A stretch of 64,000 nucleotides of DNA. Source: Tubiluchus corallicola (lineage: Eukaryota; Animalia; Priapulida). The stretch covers positions 253,126 through 317,125 of the forward strand of contig JAQGDQ010000069.1 in assembly GCA_030141605.1 (NCBI GenBank). The letters are read 5' to 3'. The notes beneath the pieces were generated by a model. It searched no databases. It was not told where the DNA came from and saw only the letters and a list, made by a program, of their open reading frames with translations. Within the stretch, counting starts at the first letter, position 1, and each line of letters starts with the position of its first letter. Both the position numbers and the translations under genes were made by a program. Below are positions 1 through 14,293 of this stretch, in pieces.

Positions 1-128
1 ACCATATTACATCAAAAAGGACAAATTGTCAGAGTTATGCAAAAAATAGAGTGAGTAATTTTATTTTCTGTTTAAAGTGGACAAAATCAAAAGATTACTA
101 CTGATTGGGAGTAATGGGTTATCACGTT

Positions 129-344
129 TTACTGGGTTACCCAGATCAACACGGACATATTCCAGGCTTCTGGCAGTGACGAGATGAAGTCGCAACGAAA
201 CTTTCCGCCGACATTAAGAGTTTCAACACATATCTGGTTAGCCCGAGGAGGAAGGAAATACAGATCGCTTATCTTGCAGTTATGAGGCATGTCTTGAACT
301 CGTAACAATACTAATGAGTCACCAGGATCACACTCCTTCATCAT
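129..344 (-). CDS. Possible first coding exon of a divergent gene, F-box-like motif
   Basis: More GC-rich than its flanks. Translation contains RCDFISSLPEAWNMSVLIW, resembling the F-box start DFISxLPxE, followed by candidate GT donors. The rest of the gene would lie outside the window. Confidence 0.3.
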   Translation of the reverse strand: MMKECDPGDSLVLLRVQDMPHNCKISDLYFLPPRANQICVETLNVGGKFRCDFISSLPEAWNMSVLIWVTQ

Positions 345-599
345 CAGTTTGTGTACTTTTCAGTTAATAAATACATGTGCTTAATAACTCTTCTGAGTAA
401 ATCTGCGAGTGATCCCATTTCTATAAATATTTTTCAATCTGTGTATGTACGTGTTTGAAATAAATGAAAAGCCAGAAAATTGTTACTTAACAGGCATCAT
501 GACGAATCAAATTTTGCAACATTTACTCTTCGTAAAAATAAAATACATCGATATACCCTATACAAAAATAATGTACAATGCGTTACTTGGCAATATTCG

Positions 600-794
600 A
601 TTACGTCATAGAAGTTATATCACTGTAAACATAATATTAATTCGTGACGTCAGTGAAAGTCATTCAGTAGGATTGGTGGTGTGTCTAAGCCCTGCAGTAG
701 CGTTTATTTGACTGGAATTTGACCCTAAAAGGTGCGCCACATTTAATTTGTTATGTCAAGCTGATTATGCATTACGTAACTAGACATACGTAAT
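600..794. promoter_or_regulatory. Cluster of bZIP-type sites (CRE / PAR-C/EBP-like) plus CCAAT box
   Basis: ATTACGTCAT 600-609, TGACGTCA 645-652, ATTGG ~672, TTATGTCAA 751-759, ATTACGTAAC 771-780 and ATACGTAAT 786-794, all upstream of the LRR gene. Confidence 0.4.
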
Positions 795-1182
795 ATTCAT
801 GTATTATAACTCCCTGCTACTAGAGTCTGCCTAATAACAGTAATTCAAGAATCAACGGCTCCTCTTTTAATATAGGGTCAAATCCTTACTGGGACAGGAT
901 AATATTTTAAGACTAAGAAGTCTGAATCCGCGCCATATGAATTAATGAACTGAACAAACAGGTAGTTCCGACTTCCTACTTTGTTCCTGAATACGGTACT
1001 TATTAAATATACCTAGCTGGCTAACCATTATTCAAGAAACTTTTTACAGCCGAGTCGAACAACTTTGTGAAACCGGCTATGAGCTACATTGCTAGCCTGT
1101 AATGCATTTTTGCCTAATTAACTTTAACAAGTTTCTCTAGGTCTTCAAACTTTTTCAAGAACGCACGTTTTCCTCAGGTTCG

Positions 1183-2631
1183 ATGGCTTCATCATCAACT
1201 TCGATTGCTGACGCGGTATTGCAGCTCATCAAACCAACCATGCCATCTTTAATCAGTCTTTGCTCAAGTTGTCTGGTCGCAAACCACTCGATTTTTGGTC
1301 TTGTGATAAGAAATACAGATATCTTACCTGCAGCAGTCTACACACCCTTAATGAGAGCTGCTTTTCAGAAACGAGACAATTACATTGCACGAAAACTATT
1401 TTCGGCATGGCCAGAAGCCACTTTCTGTCTCCGTGACGTCATACCCGCAGCAGCAGAACATGAGCAGTCTGAGCTGGAGTCTTGGTTGCCCCCTTGCCAG
1501 CATCGTTGTCGAGAATACTTAGACAATGTGAGGAGCTGCTTTATGTCAATCGTGAAAAGTTTTAGGAAAGCTCTTCTACAGGGAGAATTGTCTCGCGAAC
1601 TGAGGTATTTGGATATAACTGGGCAGTATGTGGGAGATCAAATACTGGATGACATTGCCCGCTACATAGACAAAGTTAGTGTTTTAGCAAAACGTTATGG
1701 CCATCCCGTTAAATGTCTACACATCAATTTAGATTTATCAATATGTCGAGTGAGAAAACAAGAGTATCTGATAAGGACTCTGATGCATTGTCGTTTATCC
1801 TCTGAAGTTAGTCTGCTCATTCGTAAATTCAAGGCCACGTCTTTGTCTGCAGAGGCAATAATTAGCTTTTTGGCACCATTAGATATGTCACGAATTACCA
1901 GCTTAACCCTGAGACGTTGTGAGTTAGATGTAAACAAGCTGAAAAAGCCATTGCATATGCTTTCAGAGCTGAGGTCCTTAGATTTATCCTTCAATGACAT
2001 AGGTGCATTTGATGATGATAGTAATGCGACAACACAGCTTATTGAGCTTAGGGAATTCATATGTTCGTTCCAAAAGCTTAGCTCACTAGATTTGAGTAGA
2101 AATTTTTTAAAAGGACAACTCGAGACAATAATTTGCAGAGTTCCTCAAAATTTGATGCACCTAAACTTGTCCAGTACAAAGATAAATTGGCGCGATATTA
2201 TTAGCTTGTGCCAGTTGGTACGTGGAAAGGCATTCAAACACCTGGCTTTAAATGATAATAATCTTTCTCATAATACTAGAGAAGTAAAAAGTATCATTAA
2301 TGAGTTGAAGGAATCACTTGATGTTATTGAATTAAGTAACACAAAACTTGAATCTTCATCATGCTTATGTGAAACGTTGAAAGCGACAGAAAATTTAAAA
2401 CTCTTAGATTTATCTGATAATTATTCGAGTGAGAATAGCGATTCGCGAACCACGATGTTCCATGAACTGCTTGAAGCAAAAGCTATAAAAGAGGTGCTAA
2501 AAGAACGTCAAGAATTACAAGTAGTGAAGATCTCTGGACCTGCTCCTCACAACTCTAGGTGGTATCCCTATCCCAGAAAAATCTGTAGATGGTGGCATGG
2601 ACTTAGGCATACCTGCTATTATAGTTGCTGA
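1183..2631 (+). CDS. PRAME/LRRC14-like leucine-rich repeat protein (probable Cullin-2/ElonginBC substrate adaptor)
   Basis: 482-aa uninterrupted ORF. The N-terminal PSLISLC...LPAAVYTPLMRAAF...WP matches the PRAME/LRRC14 BC-box/Cul2-box region. The C-terminal half has LxxLxLxxN repeats (LRSLDLSFN, LSSLDLSRN, LKLLDLSDN). Acceptor tttcctcag just before the ATG; AATAAA at ~2699. Confidence 0.8.
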   Translation: MASSSTSIADAVLQLIKPTMPSLISLCSSCLVANHSIFGLVIRNTDILPAAVYTPLMRAAFQKRDNYIARKLFSAWPEATFCLRDVIPAAAEHEQSELESWLPPCQHRCREYLDNVRSCFMSIVKSFRKALLQGELSRELRYLDITGQYVGDQILDDIARYIDKVSVLAKRYGHPVKCLHINLDLSICRVRKQEYLIRTLMHCRLSSEVSLLIRKFKATSLSAEAIISFLAPLDMSRITSLTLRRCELDVNKLKKPLHMLSELRSLDLSFNDIGAFDDDSNATTQLIELREFICSFQKLSSLDLSRNFLKGQLETIICRVPQNLMHLNLSSTKINWRDIISLCQLVRGKAFKHLALNDNNLSHNTREVKSIINELKESLDVIELSNTKLESSSCLCETLKATENLKLLDLSDNYSSENSDSRTTMFHELLEAKAIKEVLKERQELQVVKISGPAPHNSRWYPYPRKICRWWHGLRHTCYYSC

Positions 2632-3868
2632 TTTTGAAGTATAAAAGTTAATTCTTTGCTCAAACTCAAAGCTGATCAGTTGATGTTGTTTGAACCCGAA
2701 TAAAGTGTTGCATTGTTTTCCTGAAAAAATTAGATATTGATAACATTTGAATCACCAGTTCAACACCTAATTGCCAAGAATCGAGTGTTATGCAGGCTTA
2801 AAATTAGAATCAATTCACTGTTTTATTTAGGCTATACATAATAACAGTGTCATTCTGGGGTCTTAAAGAAACATCACATTTGTCGGTTTTGGAAATGAAT
2901 GCAAGCAAAAGGCAACCTGGTGACCGCATAGTGACTTAGACTTTGTTTCGTGTCTTTACCTTGCAGTAGGAATTATCTTTGCAAATAAGACGGTCGATTT
3001 TAAGAATGTGTGTGAAAAAAATTAAGAGCTGGTGTCAAGTAAGACCTAAAAATTTATACTTGCTTATAGTAACCATGGTGTTATGACAATTGGCAAAAAA
3101 CAATCATAATAATAACAATAAGACAGCAGCAGCAGCAGCAAAATAACAGCAATAGTATAAACTTAAGTAAATTATAAGTACACATAGTTTGAAAATATCT
3201 TTATTATTATTCACATAATGCGATAGTAACAAATTTAAAAAATTATTTAATATTTCGCATCTTACCAAAATAATGTGATATCAACAAAAATTGATTTTGC
3301 ATCAGTTAACGTCATCATGTCACCGACTTACCATTGTCGAAACATCTTGGTTTTCTTAACGCCTGCGAAAGTATGGCACATTAGGCAGCCTTGAAATCAA
3401 GTTGAGCCTCTGGCTTAACAGCGACTAGAAAATTAAGAAAGATTTTGCATACTGCAAATATGGAGATCCGTTTCTGACGTAAACAGAAAGTGGATTTTTT
3501 GTATAAAATAACTTTGAAAACAGCTTTAATCTTTCACCTGAACACAGACCTGATTAACATGTTTTGGCAATATAATTTCGAGGCTTCTTTAGTCGCGTAA
3601 TGAGCACGCGCAAATTCCAACATGGGAGAATCAAGTGACCTAGCGCCATATCACAGTTGATGTTATTGATAGTAATTAATATGATTTCGTAACTACGTAC
3701 TTTTCTTAGATAGCAAGAGGCATCCGCGCAGCGACAGGAAAAAGCCCTAACGCTGGATAATAACAAATTTGGTTGGAGAACATTTAAAGTTACTTTTGCA
3801 GTGCGTTCGTGTTTTTAAACAGTTCATTGCTACGTGGTACAGTACATGTTCAGATACAAATACTATAA

Positions 3869-6637
<2,769 letters not shown>

Positions 6638-8308
6638 TCTTTTTATTTTCTGCTTGAAAAGCAAAGATAGTTCATTTTTGCATAAAACAATTTGAATTGA
6701 ATAATATTGTTATAGTTTATACTGAAAAGAAAAGTATTTTCAAAACGATAGTATAATGTGTCTGTAAATATGAGGATTTTATGGGTATTTATTATTTGCA
6801 TTCTGGATATCCTGACTTTTTTAATGCCTGCTTTACTGACACGACATAAAGTAATATCTTTGGGATACAGCTGTATGTTAGCCTTTTAGTTGTATGTAAT
6901 TGTGATCAGCGTAGTGTGCCTTACAATGTTTGCAGGGAAAATTCTTAAACAGTGAAGTTTGCATTGGTCATAAATTTTCTTAACATTAATAATAATAAAA
7001 ATAGTATGTTTTTTATTAAGACAGGTCAAAATTATTGTGTTTTTTTTGTAATTTTAAGTAATTTTGAAATTTGTAAGCATCATGAATTGCTTCATGAGGC
7101 TATTGTTTGTGTAAGGATGTGTGAATTATATTTCTAGATTCTAAATTTACCGGGAGCACTTTTTTGCTTTGGTTCTAATTATCAGCATGGTCATATGTCT
7201 TTAAATATTATGGGTATTGGGTACATATACCTACTTGCTTTAAGTTCATATAATTATTGTAGATCTCAGTATCGGACTTTTTTAAAAGTTGTCATAGTTA
7301 CAGTAATGTTCTGATAAAGTAGGTAAGACAATTTGTGGTAAACTGTTTAATCAAGTGCAAAATTAAAGCATCGTGTCTGTACTGATCTTGAGTTATTAAT
7401 TATTCTAGTCAATATTTGAGAAGCAACCAATGAAAATTGTTTTTACATTATTTTCTAATCTCTATTAAATGTCTGTAGCTAGAATTTAGAATTTAGAATT
7501 GAGGCATAATTTGCAAAAAAAGGTATAATTATTAATTTTATGCATGTAGCTCATTTACTGTTGCAGTATGGTTTTTATACATATGGTGGTATGTAGTTAT
7601 TATAATATCATTTAGTAGTGATAGGTGAACTATTGTAAGCTAATCTGGCATAGCAGTGATGTTAACTTGAAGTGCATAATTAATTTATGTTAATTATATA
7701 TGTATGTTATTGTTCATATCATTTTTGTATCGAGGGAGTGGTAGTGGTTTGCATATCATTAATCAAAGGAGGTTTTCTAATAGTGTGATAAAAATGAATT
7801 TATAAATACTTGTGCTATTTCTTTTTTTATAAATTGCCATAAAAACCACTGATACTGAAGGAAAGACGCTACAGTTAAAAGTGAAAATATGTATACTAGT
7901 ACAGAAAAATAGAGGTTGGAAAAATTTGCTAGGAAAAATTTGTTGATTTCCTTCTTGAAGCGAGGTTGTCATTAAGTGGAAAATGTTTTTCCAAGACATT
8001 CCACAGATAAGATGCAAAATTGGAACTGCTGTTCCATAATTACGTAGAAATGTGAGGAGAAGTATTAGTATTGATACTAGTATTAGATGTATTAGTATTA
8101 CACATATTATACTTAGGAGCATTATGGGTACTTTGAGTAAATTGTTGAGAAACTTCAGTGGTTGTTTCATGCAGCAATGGATGTTTGATGAGCAAAAGAC
8201 TGCAGGGTTGATGCGTAAACCGATCAGATTGACAAAATGACTGTCACTTCAGTTAAGGTAACAGGTAGAGCACCAGCATAGATTTGGTTGAAATTGGAGA
8301 TTACTTGG

Positions 8309-8549
8309 TAGGCATGAGCATTCTCTACCAGAAAGCGAATTCAAATCGAATGTGTGACTTCGGATTTGATTTGAACCAAATTTGAACATTTCAAATTCGA
8401 ATTGATTAGGATTTTACTTGATTTTGTTCTACAGTAAAACAGTTAATTTGTGCATTACAGCTAAATTCTATCAATTTCAAACATTTTAATGATAAGGAAC
8501 GTATGTAGTTAAATTATTCGAATCTATAATTTCGTTTGCTCACCTCCTA
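8309..8549 (+). mobile_element. hAT-like MITE with 8-bp TSD
   Basis: Termini TAGGCATGAGCA ... TGCTCACCTCCTA, flanked by a perfect direct repeat TTACTTGG (8301-8308 and 8550-8557). The interior is rich in TTCGAA. Confidence 0.8.
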
Positions 8550-9302
8550 TTACTTGGTTGGAAAAGAGCGAATGTAGTGATAAGATCAAGAGTTTATTCA
8601 TTTCAAGAGTTATATTAAAATAGATCATAATGAGCTATATAATAGCTCATTATATAATAATAATGAGTAATAATACAAATAATTTGAGCATGGTCAAGGC
8701 TTCTCTATCTTTTGATTGCTTTGGCTATTTCTATTTCTATAAGACGCTGTTGCCAAAGATTAGAACATGAATCGACAAATTAGACACAAAGACACAAATA
8801 GTACCCAAAAACAAAGTTTAACAAACATAAGGATGATCACGAAAAGATGGAATACCCAAGTGTATTACGGAATACGAGCTGCCCATTCAATGAGAGTTAC
8901 AAGAAGAAGATAATTATTACTGTAATTCTGTTACTGTTGTCGTCTAATATTAATTTGGCTTATAGGTGTTTGTAGGTGATAAGCATGATGATTATTAAAA
9001 AATTAGATTTTATTCTAAATTGTTGCATTCTAAATATGCGTCCTAAAACATAGCACATTGTACTTGTTAACTATAAAGACCCCTGTCCGCTGCTGCTACC
9101 CTGCCTGCCCATGATGTTGTTTTGCTGAACTCTTTGGCATTATGTCTGTATGCACCATCAGTAGCTCACCTCTTCTTTTGGGGTTGTTATTGGTTCAAAA
9201 GCTTCGCATCATGCTATGGGAAGAGGAGATTACTGAGGAAATCTTAGCACCTGTCGAATCTAATACAGTCTCCTTGGATTTGATATTTAATAGCGTCTTG
9301 TA

Positions 9303-9705
9303 ATGCCCTTATTAGAAGAACGCATATATTTAAAAAAATGTTTGTCATATCTATGGCTTGGATCAAAAGCGAATTGTAAAAATAAGTTTAAAGGAGATAT
9401 CAAATGCTCATTATGTGGAAACAGTGAAGACACTACAAAACATTTATTAACATGTGAAAAACTGAATGAAAGAATGAGTGCAAGTAATATTGCAATGATA
9501 ATTTATATTGATAATACAGATAAACTGAAGGGAGTAAATGTCAGAATTTACCAAGCCTTAAAAGTAGGAAAGTTGTTGGGAGCTGATTTTAAGAATTTTA
9601 AGATATAAAAAAGAAGATAGTATTACAAAACTAAATTAGGCTTGTAGTTAGAGATAAGTGCCTTCCAGACTGGAAGCGAGGCCGATGTGAAACAGCTGAA
9701 ACCGC
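9303..9705 (+). mobile_element. 3' fragment of a non-LTR retrotransposon (RTE/Proto2-like C-terminal zinc knuckle)
   Basis: Encodes KANCKNKF...CSLCGNSEDTTKHLLTC, a CCHC typical of LINE ORF2 C-termini. A hairpin-like tail ending in GAAAC repeats follows. Confidence 0.55.
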
Positions 9706-10699
9706 TAAATAAAGCTTTCTAAAATTCAGAAGGATATGTCACAAAAACTTATCACAGGAGGTGTGAACTAGTTATTGGGGCACGCTAATAGAAATAGATG
9801 TGTGACCAATTGAGCAATTTCAATTTTTTTTTCATTTTCAATTTATTGCTCAAATGCATAATTATAATGTACATTGGCAAAACACAATACAGTACATGCG
9901 TGTCAAATAGTGCATTCATATAAAGTGAATTCATAAAAGCTTTGTGCAAACGGTCATTTTCAGTGTTAGTAGTAACAATAATTAACATTTTTGGCATAAT
10001 TTGTATTACATAGATAAGTTAGCTAACTAATTAAATAGAATTACACTGATACAAAATCATAGTTAAAAGTTGTATTTTTCAGCAATGAAAGAAAAGGAAA
10101 AAATGTCTTGAGTAGTATTTGTTTCAGCTATTTGAATAAAAGTTTATAAAAAAAAATAATAATGAATGAGTTATAAATGATCAAAGTTTGCTACCATAAT
10201 GCTGATTTTTTTCTTCTGTGGAGATCGGAGAAGTTGTTGCCGACTTAAGTTTCTTGAACTGATGTGGACTACAATCCAAACTTATGAATACGTGAAGTAC
10301 AAAGCCTGTAAAAATATAATAAAAAAACAATTAATAAACTATATATAATTCTACAGACGTGTTTAAACTTTCTTAACTTCTAAGCATTTGAATACTTCAG
10401 AGATTTTAATTCAATTAAATTCAGTTTATTTGCTCAAATATGTGAGAAAAAACAATATTGGAAAATGGGCTATGATTTATTATAACTATTACACAAAGTA
10501 CTTTCAATATTTTAACACATGACAAAAAAATTTAATTAATAATTAATTAAGACTAATTATATTAAAAGCTTACAGATATTTTACATTAGACAAAATAATA
10601 TTATGTTCAACCAGCATTCCTCATTATTAATATATATGAGGTGAATATATTAGAGAACAGAGAAGAGACTGATGTTTTTACATAACCTAATAAATTCAA

Positions 10700-11376
10700 G
10701 GGAGTCCAAAGATGTGCGAAAGATGATGCAAAGTATGTGGAGCAAAGAAATAGAAGGAAGGTGGACAGAAGACGTTAGAAGTATTAGTGAGAAATATGAT
10801 ACACTTTGGGCATATAAAGACTCTTAAAAAGTCAGCCTGGAAGAAACATTTAAAAGAAAACATAAGAAAATTTATTAAAGTTACTGCACATTACCAGATA
10901 TACTCAGAAACTAAGTTAAGGTTCTTAACTTATGAGCATGATAAATGATCAGTATATAACTGAGTTAACACCAGAACAGGCAAAAAGGGTTTTAGAGATA
11001 AAGCTTAATATGCTACCACTAAAATGTAATTATAGAAGCAAGTTTACAGGAGAGCTATGGTGCCCAAGAAGAAGATACGACAGAGCATGTATTCAAATGT
11101 ACAGTGATAAGAAATGTGTTACCAACTAAAGAAGTAAATTTCCAAAATGTGATTGAGTCAGAAGATCCACAAACAGCAAAGCTGTTAGTGCAATTTATTC
11201 AAATAGCAATAGAAACAAGAAAAAGAAGACGTGTCGTGCTGGGGAAATTTAGCCGAAATAATAGTAGTCATAAACATCAAGGTTGATGACGTTACTTGTG
11301 TCTTGCACAGTGACATTCATTTGTGCCTATCTAACCAGTTAGAGTGGACACCGAGGACATAACGAAACAACGAAAC
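10700..11376 (+). mobile_element. Second, frameshifted 3' LINE fragment related to 9303-9705
   Basis: TKLRFL...KLNMLPLKCNY...WCP/EDTTEHVFKC read across frameshifts. The tail is similar (TGTGCCT...CGAGG...GAAACAACGAAAC). Confidence 0.55.
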
Positions 11377-12439
11377 AGTGATAAGATTTCTGGTGTTGCA
11401 CTTCGTTGGCTGACGGAAATTTGCGAACGGAAATTGATTAAAGTTCATGTTCGTTGTGTCTCTTTCGCGATTCTGCAAATATGATTTGATGAGTAAGTGA
11501 TTTTTGGTGACTTACAGCTTAATTACTTTTTGCGTCACAGTTACTTAGATAATTAGTTTCAGGTAGGCTATAATGGATAGTAAATATATAAGATTACTGA
11601 CTGTACCTTAGACATAGACATAGAACATTTATTTTCTCCAATTTGTTTGACATGACAAGTTTTTTAAATATTACTTAATTATAGTCGTGGAGCAGGGCAG
11701 GGAAGGACCATAGGGTCATCTCGTCTCCTTCCCTGTCTTATAATTAAATTAGTATATTAAAAATAAATGTCGAACCTTACCGTAAATCCACAGGGCGAAT
11801 CGTATATGTAGGTTTTTTGCCCATAGGAATTTTCTCTCTGGTTATTCTTGTATTGATCGTTTTATCTCAAGTTTTCTCTCTAGCATCTTATATTTTCGTT
11901 TTCTTCAAAAGTTTAAGATGGCATCTCTAAGATAGAAAAGTTCTGATTTTTAACACGCATTGCCGGTAGGTGTGCAACAGATATAGAAAACGAATGATGG
12001 GAAACGAAAGCCTTGAGAATTTATTTGAAGCTGCCCCCATCACATTTGTAACATCCCACTTGTGATGTAAGCCTTACTATTTGTTACTTAATGTTAATCT
12101 CCGCCCAATCTGCGTTTTCCCTGTTGGAGTCAGCTGTAGCATTACCATTTCAAGCTGATAAGTCTACTGCTGTAAAACTTACTGTGCTGTTTTAATAAAA
12201 TAGTCTGTTTTCAAAAATAATTACAGTTACTGTGATCAGTTTGAGTGATCTTGTGCTCGCGTCACTCTAAGAAATCATTAAAACCCTATGCGAGACAATT
12301 TTTACATGTGATAGACACTCTGTTTTTCCTGATGTCAATTGCGGTGGTGTGGCTATTATTCTCAAGTCATGTCTGTTTCCTGTACTAATTCCTTTGTCTG
12401 TCACAGCTGAAACTGTTGCTGTTGAACTAAAAATTTCTT

Positions 12440-12700
12440 CACGAGAAATCTGCATCTCGGCTTTGTAATCTTGTATCCTGCTCCACATGGATTAACTGAA
12501 AAATATTTTCTGCTATCGATTCTTGCAAGGTTGTTGCATATACGATACAGCATAATTTGGCCGCCTCTTTTTCTTCTGAAACATAGGGATGGTAAACTCA
12601 ATCTCTGTCTTCTCTCAACATATGGTAGATGTTTGATTGGTGGTACTAACTTGGTGACTTTCCTTTGAATAGGTTTTACCTTACGTACTGCTTGAAGTTT
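12440..12700 (-). mobile_element. CR1-type LINE ORF2 C-terminal remnant
   Basis: IQRKVTKLVPPIKHLPYVERRQRLSLPSLCFRRKRGGQIMLYRI matches the CR1 motif QRRATKLV..L..L.YEERL..L.L.SL..RR.RGD.I..YKI. Confidence 0.7.
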
Positions 12701-14293
12701 GGATGGATGAAAGAATTTATCAAATTTAATATTTTCTGAAGTCTGATTTATTCTTTTTATGTGACTTTTCATTATTGCTACTTTTTCAATGTTAATACAT
12801 AAATATATAGCCGAACACCATGTCATGCTTATCGTTCTACGACACTGCAAGTTTAGCAATGCTATGCAGCTGATGACAATCAGTGGAGATTGGGCAAGAT
12901 GATTGTCTTGCACTTTATCGTGTAGTTAGTGCTGAGAAATTACCCACTCAGTGCATTCTGGACGATTGAGGAGACCTCTATGGTGTCTGTTTACTCACTT
13001 TACTGTGTTTAGTTAATAACATTCTGCATGCATTGTAGCAGTACTAACTTGTTGTTAAAATGATTAAGTCGCCATTTTCCTATTTGTGCTTTGAATTTTC
13101 AATTCTACTTGCTAGGTGCTTGACTGTTGTAAGTGGGTCAGCACTGATCAAGCTATTTTGCCATTTAATGTGCATCATTGGCGATTGCTGTTTGTTTATT
13201 GCAAAATTCGGGACAAATATTATCCTGTAACCATGTCATGTGGGATATACTCCCGATTTTTGTAAAAGTCCTGCAAAATACATGACACATGGCAGCTGGT
13301 AAGCCTGTTAATTAACATCTTGTGGCTTTAGATTTCCGCTGTTAAAATAAAAGCTAAATATTAAGTTAACATAGATATTAGACAACATAACAAGACATCA
13401 CTGTAACTGTACCGATGAGCATTGATAATGATAGTGATGTTAAAGCTAAATAGCAGTTAGTAATGTACCAATATGTAAACCTAACACCTGACTGTATCGT
13501 AAAATAACAGAAGAATCAAAATAGTCAACTAAACAAATGTCCTTATGCAAAACAGACTAGCTGACACAGATTACATGAACAATTAGTGAAGAACAGGTAA
13601 GCGATACTAGTTAAACTTATAAAAGTAACAACAAGGCCTAATACCAAATTACAGAATTATTGAGGATTAGAAGCTAAGAGGCTTACTAAGTGAACTCAAA
13701 GAGAAGTAGTAAACTAGAATTTTGGGAAGCTCAACCCTGCCAGCCCATTCGGGTTATCGTAAGGATGCACGAAAGTGATGAGAAATATTTTAAGAATTTT
13801 AACGCGTGGCATGCAGTTAGTGATTGTCGCTCAAAGGTCGCTCCCACGCCGCAACGCATGTAACAAAAACTAATTACACCATATGTGCATGTTGCATGGT
13901 AAATGCAACTGTATTGTTAAAGCTCATATTTGTAATGAAAATTAGACATTGGTGTTGTTGGCTATAAGTATTTAATAGGAATTTTTAAACTTTGCACTTA
14001 AATTTAATACATCCATTGTGGAAAATGATGTTATTGTTCTAGGTACAATTGCAAAATATTTACAAGTTAAGGTCCTTTTCCATTAAAATTGTTGCTGAAA
14101 GTTACGTAACTAGTAATAATGACGAGAAGATATAGACTTAGAATAATGAGTTAGAATTCTGCTTGTTTACAACAACTGCAGCTGCACTTTATGTAAGTTT
14201 AAAATAACATCGCTATATAAGATTAATAATGTGTTTTTATTAATTTTAGATCACTTAAACATTTTTGCTAAGTTGACTTACTGTGCACTAACC

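Noticed and set aside
1321-1460. CUGCAGC/CCGCAGC motifs as XBP1-like or RIDD cleavage sites next to IRE1
   Set aside because: The flanking bases do not form the required stems, and no paired sites define an unconventional intron.
1695-2060. Antisense ORFs overlapping real CDSs (also 27786-28055, 43822-44046, 51589-51906, 55116-55373)
   Set aside because: These are shadow frames of coding sequence with no recognisable motifs.
2620-2640. LRR gene ends TGC TGA TTT TGA, reminiscent of a Cys-Sec C-terminus
   Set aside because: No SECIS-like AUGA/AA/GA hairpin is visible before the AATAAA at ~2699, and the family is not known as selenoproteins.
8627-8653. Perfect 12-bp inverted repeats (also 22810-22837)
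   Set aside because: Short and AT-rich; plausible by chance or local template switching, with no further support.
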